Below, piece by piece: positions 52,091-61,469 of a stretch of DNA of 64,000 nt. The notes under the pieces are model-generated. The model ran no database searches. It was not told the origin of the DNA and worked only from the letters and a program-made list of their open reading frames with translations. The DNA lies in contig MNUR01000085.1 in assembly GCA_001871115.1 (NCBI GenBank), positions 22,060 through 86,059 on the forward strand. Reading direction: 5' to 3'. Each line of letters opens with the position of its first letter. Position 1 is the first letter of the stretch. Source of the stretch: Elusimicrobia bacterium CG1_02_56_21 (GTDB taxonomy: Bacteria > Elusimicrobiota > Elusimicrobia > Elusimicrobiales > UBA9959). Position numbers and translations under genes: made by a program.

Positions 52091-54739
52091 TTAAACATGC
52101 TTCTTCGCTATTTCAACCAGGCTTTTTTCAAAAGCCTTCAGGTCAGCTGGGATCTCCCCCCCGCCCTGCGCGAAGTCTTTGCGGCCGCCGCCGGAACCGT
52201 TGACGGCGTCGGCTACGCTCTTGGCTATGGCCGAAGCGTCAACTTTCACATCCCCCGTATGGGTGATTATAAAAGAAAACTTGCTCTCCGACCTGGAGTA
52301 AATAAAAAGCAAAGTGGACCTCAGGTCTTTCTTGACCTCGTCGGACAGTCCGCGCAGGTCTTTCATGCCAAGCGCGCCAGCGTCATAAACCAGGAAACTT
52401 GAGCCGGAACCGTCTATCCCCTCGACCAGGAGTTTTTTTCCGTCTTTAGCCGGAACCGCTGGGGCGGACTTCGCTTTGCCCGCTTTCAGCTCTTTGATAT
52501 TCTCAAGCAGCTGGGCCACGCGCGCCGGCAGGTCCTGCGGCGGGATAGAAAGCCTGGAAGCGGCGGCTTCGGCGAAACCCGCAAGCCTGGAAAGATGCGT
52601 CACGGCGGCCGGACCGGCCACCCCTTCTATACGGCGAACTCCGCGAGAAACGGAGGAATCCTTGAGGATCTTGATCACTACGAGCTCGCTAAGGGAATCT
52701 ATATGGGTCCCGCCGCAGAGCTCCAGGCTGTAGCGGTCCCTGGCCGCGTCCCAGCCGCCGCTGTTTATAAGCACAAAACGCGCGGGGTCCTGGTATTTTT
52801 CTCCCAGCAGGGTAGTGGCGCCGAAGTTCCCGGCGTCTTTAAGAGGCCGCTCCATCTTAAAAACCCTGAATCTTTTTTTTATAGCTTCGTTCGCTATCTT
52901 CTCCACCGCGGACAGCTCCTCTTTGTTCGGAGTTTTGGTGATGGTATAGTCGAACCGGAAACGCTGGGAATCCACGTCCGAGCCGGCCTGCCGGGTGCCG
53001 TCCCCGAAAACTTCTTTAAGAGCGGCGTTCACCACATGCACCGCGGTATGGTTGCAGGCGATATCATGCCGGGACGAAGAAACCCGGGCCAGAACTTTCA
53101 TTCCCTTTTTAATTTCGGAGACGGGTTTCACATAGTGGAAATAGACTTTGGCCACCGGTTTCTGTGTATTGGCTACGCCCGCGACCTCTATCCCGCCGGA
53201 GATTAAATGCCCGGTATCCCCCACCTGGCCTCCCGATACTGCGTAGAACGGGGTACTATCCAGCACCGCGTAACCGTCGGCTCCGGCCGGCAGGGTATCT
53301 ACTATATTCCCTTTCAGGTCGACCAGGCCGAGAATTTCTGATTCTGTTTCTGTGACTTCGTAGCCTTTAAAAACGGTCGCGGGGAATTTTTCCTCGGCGG
53401 TCTGGAAGATAAAACCGTCCTTCTCCCCGGAATCTTTCCAGTTGGCGCGGGCCGTTTCCTGGGCGGACTTCCGGGCGGCTTCGAAGCCGGTTTCGTCCAG
53501 CGGGATATTCTTTTTAAGCGCAAGTTCGCGCGTCAGCTCTATGGGGAAACCGTAAGTTTCATAAAGTTTGAAAGCTTCCTTCCCGGGGACGCCGCGCGGA
53601 TATTTTTCCAGCAGGTCGGAGAGGAATTTTTCGCCGGTCTCCAGGGTCTCTATAAAACCCTGCTCCTCGAATTTGAGGGCGGCCGAGATCTGCTTTTCGG
53701 CCAAGATCACTTCCGGGTAAACATCCCTGAAGATTTCATGGACCGATGGGACCAGGGCGTGCAGGAAAGGGTCTTTGGCGCCGAGGATGCGGCCGTAGCG
53801 GGCGGCGCGGCGGATAAGGCGGCGCAGCACGTAGCCGCGTCCTTCATTGGAGGGCATAATACCCTCGGCTATCAGGAAAGAAGAAGCCCGGAGATGCTCG
53901 CTGATAATACGGTAAGCCGAGCCGGCCTCCCCGGAAGAACCCGGCTCCACTTTAAGAAGTTTCGAAGCCGCCTGCACTACAGGCTGGAAAAGCGAGGTTT
54001 CGAAAGGCGATTCTTTGCCTTCTACTATAAAAGTAAGGCGCTCCAGGCCCAAGCCCGTGTCTATATTCTTGCGGGGCAGCGGCTTAAAAGTCCCGCCGGC
54101 CTGCTTGTCGAACTGGGTGAAAACATGGTTCCAGATCTCTATATAGCGGTCGCATTCGCAGGCCCCGGGGCCGGCGCAGCCTTTATGGTCGTATTTCTCT
54201 CCGCGGTCCCAGTAAACCTCGGAGCAGGGACCGGAAGGGCCGGTATCGCCCATGGCCCAGAAATTATCTTTATCTCCCAGCTCTATTATATGGGAGCGCA
54301 GGTTCGCGGGGAGGATGCTTTCCCAGATAGCGCGGGCTTCCTCGTCGCGCGGCGCCACGCCGCCTTTATAAATGGAAGGGTAAAACCGCTCCGCCGGCAG
54401 GCCCAGTTCCTTGGTGAGGAATTCCCAGCCCCAGGAGAGGGATTCTTTCTTGAAATAATCCCCGAAGGAGAAATTCCCGAGCATCTCGAAAAATGTCAGG
54501 TGCCTGATGGTCTTGCCTACATTATCGATGTCGGTAGTCCGGAAACTTTTCTGGCAGGAAGCCGCCCGCTTCATATCCGTCTTAAGCCCGAGATAATAAG
54601 GCTTGAACTGCACCATGCCGGCCGAGGTAAAAAGCAGCGAAGGGTCCCCCTCCGGTATCAGCGGGCTGGATTTGACTACGGGGTGGCCGTTCTTGGCGAA
54701 GAAATCCAGAAAACTTTTGCGAATCTCGTAGCTTTGCAT
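52091..54739 (-). CDS. alaS: Alanine--tRNA ligase
   Basis: MQSYEIRKSFLDFFAKNGHPVVKSSPL... is the canonical AlaRS N-terminus. Editing-domain HxxxH/CGGTH present. The longest ORF starts at 54784. Confidence 0.97.
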   Translation of the reverse strand: MQSYEIRKSFLDFFAKNGHPVVKSSPLIPEGDPSLLFTSAGMVQFKPYYLGLKTDMKRAASCQKSFRTTDIDNVGKTIRHLTFFEMLGNFSFGDYFKKESLSWGWEFLTKELGLPAERFYPSIYKGGVAPRDEEARAIWESILPANLRSHIIELGDKDNFWAMGDTGPSGPCSEVYWDRGEKYDHKGCAGPGACECDRYIEIWNHVFTQFDKQAGGTFKPLPRKNIDTGLGLERLTFIVEGKESPFETSLFQPVVQAASKLLKVEPGSSGEAGSAYRIISEHLRASSFLIAEGIMPSNEGRGYVLRRLIRRAARYGRILGAKDPFLHALVPSVHEIFRDVYPEVILAEKQISAALKFEEQGFIETLETGEKFLSDLLEKYPRGVPGKEAFKLYETYGFPIELTRELALKKNIPLDETGFEAARKSAQETARANWKDSGEKDGFIFQTAEEKFPATVFKGYEVTETESEILGLVDLKGNIVDTLPAGADGYAVLDSTPFYAVSGGQVGDTGHLISGGIEVAGVANTQKPVAKVYFHYVKPVSEIKKGMKVLARVSSSRHDIACNHTAVHVVNAALKEVFGDGTRQAGSDVDSQRFRFDYTITKTPNKEELSAVEKIANEAIKKRFRVFKMERPLKDAGNFGATTLLGEKYQDPARFVLINSGGWDAARDRYSLELCGGTHIDSLSELVVIKILKDSSVSRGVRRIEGVAGPAAVTHLSRLAGFAEAAASRLSIPPQDLPARVAQLLENIKELKAGKAKSAPAVPAKDGKKLLVEGIDGSGSSFLVYDAGALGMKDLRGLSDEVKKDLRSTLLFIYSRSESKFSFIITHTGDVKVDASAIAKSVADAVNGSGGGRKDFAQGGGEIPADLKAFEKSLVEIAKKHV

Positions 54740-54868
54740 GGCTTGAAGCGTCCTTTGCTCTCTTATATATTCAGGATTATACAATTTTGTCCCGCTGCCG
54801 GGCCCCTAAAGAAAAAGTCCGGGAGGTTTGTCCTTCCGGGCTTTCTCAGGAAACGCGGACCACTTTGT

Positions 54869-55867
54869 TTAGAACGCAATTGCCGCAAGTTTGTAGAAGC
54901 CGGCCGCTATAAGCGCGGCGGCGGGAATGGTGAATATCCAGGCCCAGACTATCTGGCCGGCCACTCCCCACTTAACCGCGCGTATGCTCTTGACCATTCC
55001 AACGCCCACTATTGAGCCGGTTATGGTATGGGTGGTGCTTATGGGCACGCCAATGGCGGAAGCCCCGAACAGCACCAGCGAAGCGCCGAACTCGGCGCAG
55101 AACCCGTCCACCGGGCGCAGCTTGGACAGTTTATTGCCCATGGTCTTAACGATGCGCCAGCCGCCGGACATAGTGCCCAGAGCTATTGCCGCATGACAGG
55201 ACAGGACTATCCAGAGCGGAATATGGAATTCCGTGCCCAGGTAACCGGCGCTGAACAGCAGCCCGGCTATTATACCCATGGTTTTCTGCGCATCATTACC
55301 GCCATGGCCCAGACTGTAAGCCGCCGCACTAAGCAGCTGCCCTTTGCGGAACAGGTGATCAACCTTGGATGGAGTTGAGCGCGCGAAAAGATTATAAATA
55401 ATCGTGGCCAGCAGCATCCCCAGCAGCATTCCTACTACGGGAGAGATGACTATGAAAGCCACGGTCTTTATTATTCCTTTCATCACCAGCGCCGTCGGTC
55501 CGGCTTTTACAAGCGCGGACCCTATCAGCCCGCCCACCAGGGCATGCGAAGAGCTGGAAGGGATACCGTAATACCAGGTTATCACGTTCCAGGAACAGGC
55601 GCCCATCAGCGTGCCGAAGATAATATAACTGTCCACCTGGGCTATATCAACTATACCCTTGCCTATTGTTCCGGCCACATGCAGGCCGAAGAAGAGGAAG
55701 GCGATGAAGTTGAAGAAGGCGGCCCACAATACCGCGTACTTGGGAGAAAGCACGCGGGTAGCCACTATGGTGGCTATAGAGTTGGCGGCGTCGTGGAAGC
55801 CGTTCGAAAAGTCAAAGAACAGCGCCAGAGCGATCAGAAAAATAATGGCTATGAACGTACTATCCAT
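54869..55867 (-). CDS. pit: Inorganic phosphate transporter, PiT family
   Basis: NGFHDAANSIATIV and GHGGNDAQKTMG signature repeats. Confidence 0.9.
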   Translation of the reverse strand: MDSTFIAIIFLIALALFFDFSNGFHDAANSIATIVATRVLSPKYAVLWAAFFNFIAFLFFGLHVAGTIGKGIVDIAQVDSYIIFGTLMGACSWNVITWYYGIPSSSSHALVGGLIGSALVKAGPTALVMKGIIKTVAFIVISPVVGMLLGMLLATIIYNLFARSTPSKVDHLFRKGQLLSAAAYSLGHGGNDAQKTMGIIAGLLFSAGYLGTEFHIPLWIVLSCHAAIALGTMSGGWRIVKTMGNKLSKLRPVDGFCAEFGASLVLFGASAIGVPISTTHTITGSIVGVGMVKSIRAVKWGVAGQIVWAWIFTIPAAALIAAGFYKLAAIAF

Positions 55868-56486
55868 GTTTCACCAGTATGGACTCGATCACTTTGGCTG
55901 CATGCTCGCAGTTATCCAGCGTGGCTTCGGCCACTTCGAACATCTCTTTCCACTTTATCACCATGATAGGGTCTTTCTCGGTCTCGAACAACCGGCTTAT
56001 GGCCGTTTCCCGCACCAGGTCGCCCATATTCTCAAGGCGGTTGACCTCTATGCAGTGGTCCAGAACGCGGCGGGCGCGCTTGGTATCGTGCATATGATTT
56101 ATTGCGTTGGAAAGGGCGATGGCGGACTGGTCGATAAGATCGATGAACTGGGCGAAGTACTCGTTGCCCGGGTCCAGTTTATAGAGCTTCATGCGGCTGG
56201 CCATAGCGTTGATCATATCCAGCACATCGTCCAGCTGGTTAGCCAGAGCGAAGATGTCTTCCCGGTCTATGGGGGTGATGAAAGTGCGGTTGAGCATGTC
56301 CGTTATCTCGTGGGAGAGGGTATCTCCCTCGTGCTCCAGGTCATGAATATGCCTGGCGGACTCTTCGCTCATCACGCCGTCCTTAAGTATTGATTTAAAG
56401 AAAGCGGAAGCCTTGACCAGATTCTCGGCCTGCAGGTTGAAATAGTCGAAAAACTTTACTTCCTTCGGGATAAAATTAAGTGCCAT
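55860..56486 (-). CDS. DUF47 / PhoU-like phosphate transport regulator
   Basis: FFDYFNLQAENLVKASAFF..., HDLEHEGD. 8-nt overlap with pit, the classic pairing. Confidence 0.85.
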   Translation of the reverse strand: MALNFIPKEVKFFDYFNLQAENLVKASAFFKSILKDGVMSEESARHIHDLEHEGDTLSHEITDMLNRTFITPIDREDIFALANQLDDVLDMINAMASRMKLYKLDPGNEYFAQFIDLIDQSAIALSNAINHMHDTKRARRVLDHCIEVNRLENMGDLVRETAISRLFETEKDPIMVIKWKEMFEVAEATLDNCEHAAKVIESILVKHG

Positions 56487-56561
56487 ATTTTCTCCTTGTC
56501 CGCGTTTTAGTTGCGCTTCCTTTATAGTTTAAGAAAAGCGCTTGAAGCTGTAATGAAGCCT

Positions 56562-56579
56562 GTGTAAAATGTGTGTAAA
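56562..56579 (-). promoter_or_regulatory. Candidate Pho-box-like direct repeat upstream of the DUF47-pit operon
   Basis: The minus strand reads TTTACAC-ACAT-TTTACAC, two 7-mers with 11-bp periodicity, 76-93 nt upstream of the ATG at 56486. Confidence 0.35.
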
Positions 56580-56606
56580 CGGAACAAAACCCTGCGGCTT
56601 TTTCCC

Positions 56607-57845
56607 TTAGAATTTAATATTCAGGTCGGCCTGAAGCAGCCGCTCGCTCTTCAGGTTCCCGCTGAGAGGCTTTGCGGAGTAGTAATCAAACTCCAGCCCC
56701 GCCCCGCGCGTAAGGCCAAGCGCCAGCCGCGCCTCGTGGCCTTTAACGCTGGTGCTGCCGCCGTAATAGTCAGAATCCGGGTAATTATCCAGCCAGGCGT
56801 CTTTTTCAAGCCTGCGCAGGGAATAGCGCAGCTGCCACTCTCCGGGCGCCTCAACCTTTCTCTGGCCTATTTTCAGGCCTCCTATCCAGCCGGAATTATT
56901 ACTGCCGTGATCAAGAGAACGGACATAATTCCCGAAAACGCCGAGATAAGAGACTTTACACCCGAGCGCGCCCAGCAGCCGTACCGGATTACGGATATTG
57001 GCGTTAATTTCAAATTCCGGACTAAAAGCGTCATAGCCGTATTTATAGTTTCCAGCGTCCAGCGTATTAGCCTGCTGATAGCCTTCTGCCACGGAGGGGC
57101 GGTAGGCAAGTGCGGCCGAATGCTTTAAATGGCTGAAGGCGTAAACAGCCGCAGCCGCCTTGAAATCATAAACGCCGCCGGCGCTCTTCCAGCTTAGCCC
57201 CGGCTGGGCGAACAGCAGGCCAGGATCCTGCGGGTCATTTGAAAGCTCGTTAAGCACCAGGTACCCGGCATTGCCGAAGAACTTCCAGTTGCCGCCTAAA
57301 GCTGAAGTCACCCTGGCGCTAAGGCCCTCCGGATTAATATCCCCGTCCCAGAGCAGGTCATTGGTAAGCCACAGCGGGTTTTTAGAGCGCCCCGCCGTAA
57401 CAGATAGGGTGTCGGAAGCTTTATATTCTGCGAAAGCGTAATCAATATAAATATTTTTCTTTCCGTGATTGTCGGTAAAGGTCAGCATTGTGGAACGCGG
57501 ATCGGCGCCGGAGCCGCTGGCAAACCCGAAAGCTCCCGAAACGCGGTCGTTTATTTTAGCGTCAAAGCCCAGGCGCAGCCGGTAGCGGCCGCGGTGCCTG
57601 GAGTACTGTTTGTTCTCGTTATCATTTAACTGGTAGCGCATCCGCATGTCCCCGCGCAACTTCAGCGCCTGCTGCGGGGGGAGGGCTGCCGCGGGAGGAG
57701 CGCTTGCCCGTATTTCGCCGGCCTCGGAGCTGTTAATTATATTTTTCTCAACAAGCCGGTCCAGCAGGGTATCCATCTCTCCGGCGCTGGCGGGCGGGAC
57801 CGCCGCAAAAAACAACAGGCTAAGCATGATTTTCTTCAAGGTCAT
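56607..57845 (-). CDS. Outer-membrane porin, possibly phosphate-regulated
   Basis: Signal peptide, N-terminal LLDRLVEKNIINSSEAGEI helix, beta-strand-rich body, C-terminal DLNIKF. Confidence 0.6.
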   Translation of the reverse strand: MTLKKIMLSLLFFAAVPPASAGEMDTLLDRLVEKNIINSSEAGEIRASAPPAAALPPQQALKLRGDMRMRYQLNDNENKQYSRHRGRYRLRLGFDAKINDRVSGAFGFASGSGADPRSTMLTFTDNHGKKNIYIDYAFAEYKASDTLSVTAGRSKNPLWLTNDLLWDGDINPEGLSARVTSALGGNWKFFGNAGYLVLNELSNDPQDPGLLFAQPGLSWKSAGGVYDFKAAAAVYAFSHLKHSAALAYRPSVAEGYQQANTLDAGNYKYGYDAFSPEFEINANIRNPVRLLGALGCKVSYLGVFGNYVRSLDHGSNNSGWIGGLKIGQRKVEAPGEWQLRYSLRRLEKDAWLDNYPDSDYYGGSTSVKGHEARLALGLTRGAGLEFDYYSAKPLSGNLKSERLLQADLNIKF

Positions 57846-57876
57846 GCTATAAGTTTAGGAAAAACGCTTAACGCCT

Positions 57877-57894
57877 TGATAAAAACCGTGTAAA
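57877..57894 (-). promoter_or_regulatory. Candidate Pho-box-like direct repeat upstream of the porin gene
   Basis: The minus strand reads TTTACAC-GGTT-TTTATCA with the same 11-bp spacing, 32-49 nt upstream of the ATG at 57845. Confidence 0.3.
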
Positions 57895-57924
57895 TTATGG
57901 GTAAATTTGAGGATCAGAGGACTA

Positions 57925-58089
57925 GGAGCCTGTCCTACATAGGCAATTTCGCCTGCAATTGCCGCTTTTGTCCTGCGCCTTCGCGCCGCTCAACTCACAA
58001 CCTCCGTCGAGAGTGCTCGTCTCGCGGCGCTTTGGCTCGGCTCCAAAACAGACAATTTCGTCATGAAAGCCTTATGTCGGACAGGCTCC
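57925..58089. repeat. Nested palindromic intergenic repeat, family A, copy 2 (long form)
   Basis: Same termini as 3950-4062 (GGAGCCTGTCCTACAT / ATGTCGGACAGGCTCC, 1 mismatch) and the same flanking modules, plus an additional central segment of about 52 bp. Confidence 0.8.
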
Positions 58090-58166
58090 TGGAAGGCGAG
58101 AAGACTAGAAAGACGAGGAGCTCCTTACGGACCAATCCGCCAGTCTTCTATTCCTCAAATTCTCTA

Positions 58167-59522
58167 TTATTTCGGGATGGTGAACCAGAAGGAAGAACCG
58201 CGGCCCTCGGAACTTTCTACGCCGACACTGCCGCCATGAAGTTCTACCAGGTGTTTAACTATGGAAAGCCCCAGGCCCGTGCCGCCTATTTCGCGCGACC
58301 TGGCCTTGTCTACGCGGTAGAAACGCTCGAAGACCCTGGCTAGATGCGCGGCAGGGATGCCGGGGCCGGTATCCTCTACGGAAATCTTTACGCTTTCTTC
58401 GCCGGCAGAAGCGGATATTTTTATGCTTCCGCCTTCGCTATTGTACTTTGCGGCATTATCCAGCAGGTTTATAAGAACCTGCGAAAGCTTGTACCGGTCG
58501 GCTTTCACCTCAAACCCGGCCGGAACCAGGTTAAGGACGGAAACCTTTTTTTTAGCCAGAATAACCGTCAACCCGCTCGCGGCGTCATCTACCCTGTCCT
58601 TAAGGTCAAACGGCTTTATTTCAAGCTGGGCCTGTGCGGACTCCGCGTAAGACAGCTTCAGCAGGTCGTTTACCAGATTATCCAGCCGGAGCGCCTGCTC
58701 GTGTATGCTGCGGGCGAAGCCGGGCCCGTGCTCCCGGTCTTCAAGCGCGCCGTTAAGCAGGGTTTCGGCACAGCCCCTTATGGCGGTAAGCGGGGTTTTC
58801 AGCTCGTGCGAGACATTGGCCACAAAATCCCGCCGCATATTTTCCAGCTTGCGCGGCCCGGTGATGTCCCTGGCCACCAGGACGCAGCCGCCTATAACCC
58901 CGTTCTCAGCAAGAGGAGAAGCGCTCACGCTCAAGACCGTGCCGGGAAAGGCCTCCGGTTCTATCTCAAAAGAAACAGGCCGGCCGCTGGAAAGAGCCTT
59001 GATGGCCGCGGAAGACAGTTCCGGGCCGGCGGGCATACCGGAAAGGCGCATTCCTTCGGCGTCAAAACTCCGCGCCCCCATCAGCTCGCGGGCCCGCGGG
59101 TTTATCCGAGTTATAACGCCTCCGCCGTCGGTGACCACGATAGCCTCGGACATATCCCGGAAGGCCGCCTCCAGTTCAAGACGCCGCAATTCCGCCTCGC
59201 GTATCCTGACGTTGATCTCGCCCGCCATATAGTTAAGCGTTTCAGAAAGTTTTTTTAGTTCGCCGGAAGACCCTGCCGGGATCCGGTAGTCGAAGTCTCC
59301 GGCCGCAAAGCGTTTTGAACCCTCTATTATCTTGCCGAACTGCCTGCCGATAAGCAGGACTCCCGCCAGACCTATGAGCAGAACGGAGAAGGATGACAGA
59401 TAGAATGAAAGTGTTATATTGCGGCTCAGGTCCGAAAATAAAAAAAAGGCTGAAAGCGCCAGGACGAGGACCAGCAGACAGGAGAAAAGCGCCCTGAACC
59501 TGAAGGTGGAGAATATATTCAT
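58167..59522 (-). CDS. PhoR-like sensor histidine kinase (TM-HAMP-PAS-HisKA-HATPase)
   Basis: H-box FVANVSHELKTPLTAI and G-boxes DTGPGIP and GTGLGLSIVKH. Placed next to an OmpR/PhoB-type regulator. Confidence 0.8.
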   Translation of the reverse strand: MNIFSTFRFRALFSCLLVLVLALSAFFLFSDLSRNITLSFYLSSFSVLLIGLAGVLLIGRQFGKIIEGSKRFAAGDFDYRIPAGSSGELKKLSETLNYMAGEINVRIREAELRRLELEAAFRDMSEAIVVTDGGGVITRINPRARELMGARSFDAEGMRLSGMPAGPELSSAAIKALSSGRPVSFEIEPEAFPGTVLSVSASPLAENGVIGGCVLVARDITGPRKLENMRRDFVANVSHELKTPLTAIRGCAETLLNGALEDREHGPGFARSIHEQALRLDNLVNDLLKLSYAESAQAQLEIKPFDLKDRVDDAASGLTVILAKKKVSVLNLVPAGFEVKADRYKLSQVLINLLDNAAKYNSEGGSIKISASAGEESVKISVEDTGPGIPAAHLARVFERFYRVDKARSREIGGTGLGLSIVKHLVELHGGSVGVESSEGRGSSFWFTIPK

Positions 59523-60209
59523 TTAAGACTCGAACCTGTACCCGTAGTTCTTTACCGTCACTATGCGCTTACCCTCGGCCCCGAGTTTTTTGCGAAGGGT
59601 GCCTATATGCACGTCCACCGTCCGGGTCTCCACTTCTATAGAAGCGTCCAGGCCCCAGGCTTTCTCCAGCAGGGCCTCGCGCGAAAGCATTTTCCCCCCG
59701 GCCGCCATCAGGGCTTTTAAAAGCTCGAATTCCCGGGCTGTTATGTTCCTGGGCTTTCCTTTTAGCAGCACAAGCACGCGCGAGCAGTCCAGCTCGAGCC
59801 CGCCGGCGCGGTAAATTTCAAGTTTTTCCACCGCGGCGGCAGAGCGGCGGAGCACGGCTTTCACGCGGGAGAGAAGTTCCTTTACGCTGAAAGGCTTTGT
59901 TACATAATCGTCGGCGCCCATCTCAAGGCCCACAACCTTGTCGGACTCTTCGCCCTTGGCCGTAAGCATTATTATCGGGATGGAGGCGGTTTTCGCGTCC
60001 ATCTTAAGGCGGCGGCAGACCTCCAGGCCGTCCAGGCCCGGCAGCATCAGGTCCAGGATTATCAGGCGTGGCCGCTCTTTGGCGGCCAGCAGCGCGGCAG
60101 AGGACCCCTCGTGCGCGAGCACGGTACGGTAGCCCTCTTTTTTAAGATTATAGTCCAGCAGCCTGGCTATGTCTTTTTCATCCTCTACTACCAGTATCTT
60201 CTCGTCCAT
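59523..60209 (-). CDS. OmpR/PhoB-family response regulator
   Basis: MDEKILVVEDEKDIARLL...ILDLMLPGLDG receiver domain. C-terminal winged helix VDVHIGTLRKKL...VKNYGYRF. Confidence 0.85.
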   Translation of the reverse strand: MDEKILVVEDEKDIARLLDYNLKKEGYRTVLAHEGSSAALLAAKERPRLIILDLMLPGLDGLEVCRRLKMDAKTASIPIIMLTAKGEESDKVVGLEMGADDYVTKPFSVKELLSRVKAVLRRSAAAVEKLEIYRAGGLELDCSRVLVLLKGKPRNITAREFELLKALMAAGGKMLSREALLEKAWGLDASIEVETRTVDVHIGTLRKKLGAEGKRIVTVKNYGYRFES

Positions 60210-60270
60210 ACAAAAATATGATAGCAAAACAAAAAACAGGGAGCGGGAGCTTTTTTATTATAATTCCATT

Positions 60271-61023
60271 ATGCTTTCAAAAAGGTCGGCCACGATGAGC
60301 CTGTGGAACAAGGTCATGGCGAACGCGCGCAAAAGACGGCTTTTCGCGGACGGGGACGCCATACTCCTGGCCGTTTCGGGAGGGCCGGACTCCGTGGTCA
60401 TGCTTGATTTCTTCGCGGGGCAGGCAAGAAAGCACCGCCTGAAGCTTTATATCTGCCATATCAACCACAACCTCCGCGGCAAGCTGGCCGACGCTGACGC
60501 CGCTTTTGTAAAAAAGCTGGGCGGGGCATACGGCATTGAGACCTTTATACTTTCAGCCGACGTCAAAACCCTGGCCAGGAAGGCCGGGACCGGTATAGAG
60601 CACGCCGCGCGCAAAGCCCGCTACGGGCTGCTGTCCGCCACGGCTTTAAAGAAAAAATGCCGCCTGGTGGCCACCGCCCACCATTCGGATGACCAGGCCG
60701 AAACCATCCTTTTGAATTTATTGCGGGGCACGGAACCGAAAGGCCTGCTGGGCATACCCGGAAAGCGGGAACTTTGCCGCAGGGGCAGGACCAGGGTGGA
60801 CCTGGTGAGGCCCCTGCTCGCGGTTACGCGGCTGGAGATAGAAAACTACGCCGCGGCAAACGGCCTGGCGTCCAGGAAGGACCATACCAACGACGATGAG
60901 TACTATACCCGCAACTGGGTACGCAAAACCCTGCTGCCCCTGATGCTGAAAAAGCAGCCCCGCCTGCGGGAACATCTCTCTGAAATGTCCTCAAAGCTCT
61001 CCGGCGTGTTGAAAATCCGATAA
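60271..61023 (+). CDS. tilS: tRNA(Ile)-lysidine synthase, short form (PP-loop ATPase domain only)
   Basis: LLAVSGGPDSVVML PP-loop motif and TAHHSDDQAETILLNLLRG. The start is ambiguous: ATG at 60271 or 60295, with the longest ORF at 60169. Confidence 0.85.
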   Translation: MLSKRSATMSLWNKVMANARKRRLFADGDAILLAVSGGPDSVVMLDFFAGQARKHRLKLYICHINHNLRGKLADADAAFVKKLGGAYGIETFILSADVKTLARKAGTGIEHAARKARYGLLSATALKKKCRLVATAHHSDDQAETILLNLLRGTEPKGLLGIPGKRELCRRGRTRVDLVRPLLAVTRLEIENYAAANGLASRKDHTNDDEYYTRNWVRKTLLPLMLKKQPRLREHLSEMSSKLSGVLKIR

Positions 61024-61053
61024 ATAATTTAGGGCGGCGGGGAACGCCGCCCT

Positions 61054-61467
61054 CTATATCTTAAGGCCCGGCTTTCCCGCGGGGGAATCATAATCCCCGA
61101 AGAAAGGCAGGTCGGTAACTTCGTCTATGGCCTTGCGCAGGGCGGCCAGGCTAAAAGGCTTTTTAAGGAAACGCAGCTTAGGGTCGCTCTCCGCGAGGGA
61201 ATTGCCCTTTTCCAGCTCCAGGCCGCTCCAGAGAATAAACGGTGAAGCGGAATATTCCGGCATGGTGCGGGTTTTTTTATAAAGCTCTATTCCGTCGAAG
61301 CCCGGCATATTGATATCCGAGATCATCAGGTCCGCGCGGGTCTCTTTGATTTTTTTCAGGAACTCCGCCCCGTCGGCGGCCAGCGTAATCGCATGGCCCT
61401 CATGCTCCAGGTAGGGGACCAGCATGTCCAGCAGGTTCCGATCGTCGTCGGCTATGATGATATTCAT
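61054..61467 (-). CDS. Single-domain response regulator (CheY-like receiver)
   Basis: MNIIIADDDRNLLDML...LMISDINMPGFDGIEL...KKPFSLAAL. Confidence 0.85.
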   Translation of the reverse strand: MNIIIADDDRNLLDMLVPYLEHEGHAITLAADGAEFLKKIKETRADLMISDINMPGFDGIELYKKTRTMPEYSASPFILWSGLELEKGNSLAESDPKLRFLKKPFSLAALRKAIDEVTDLPFFGDYDSPAGKPGLKI

Positions 61468-61469
61468 GT

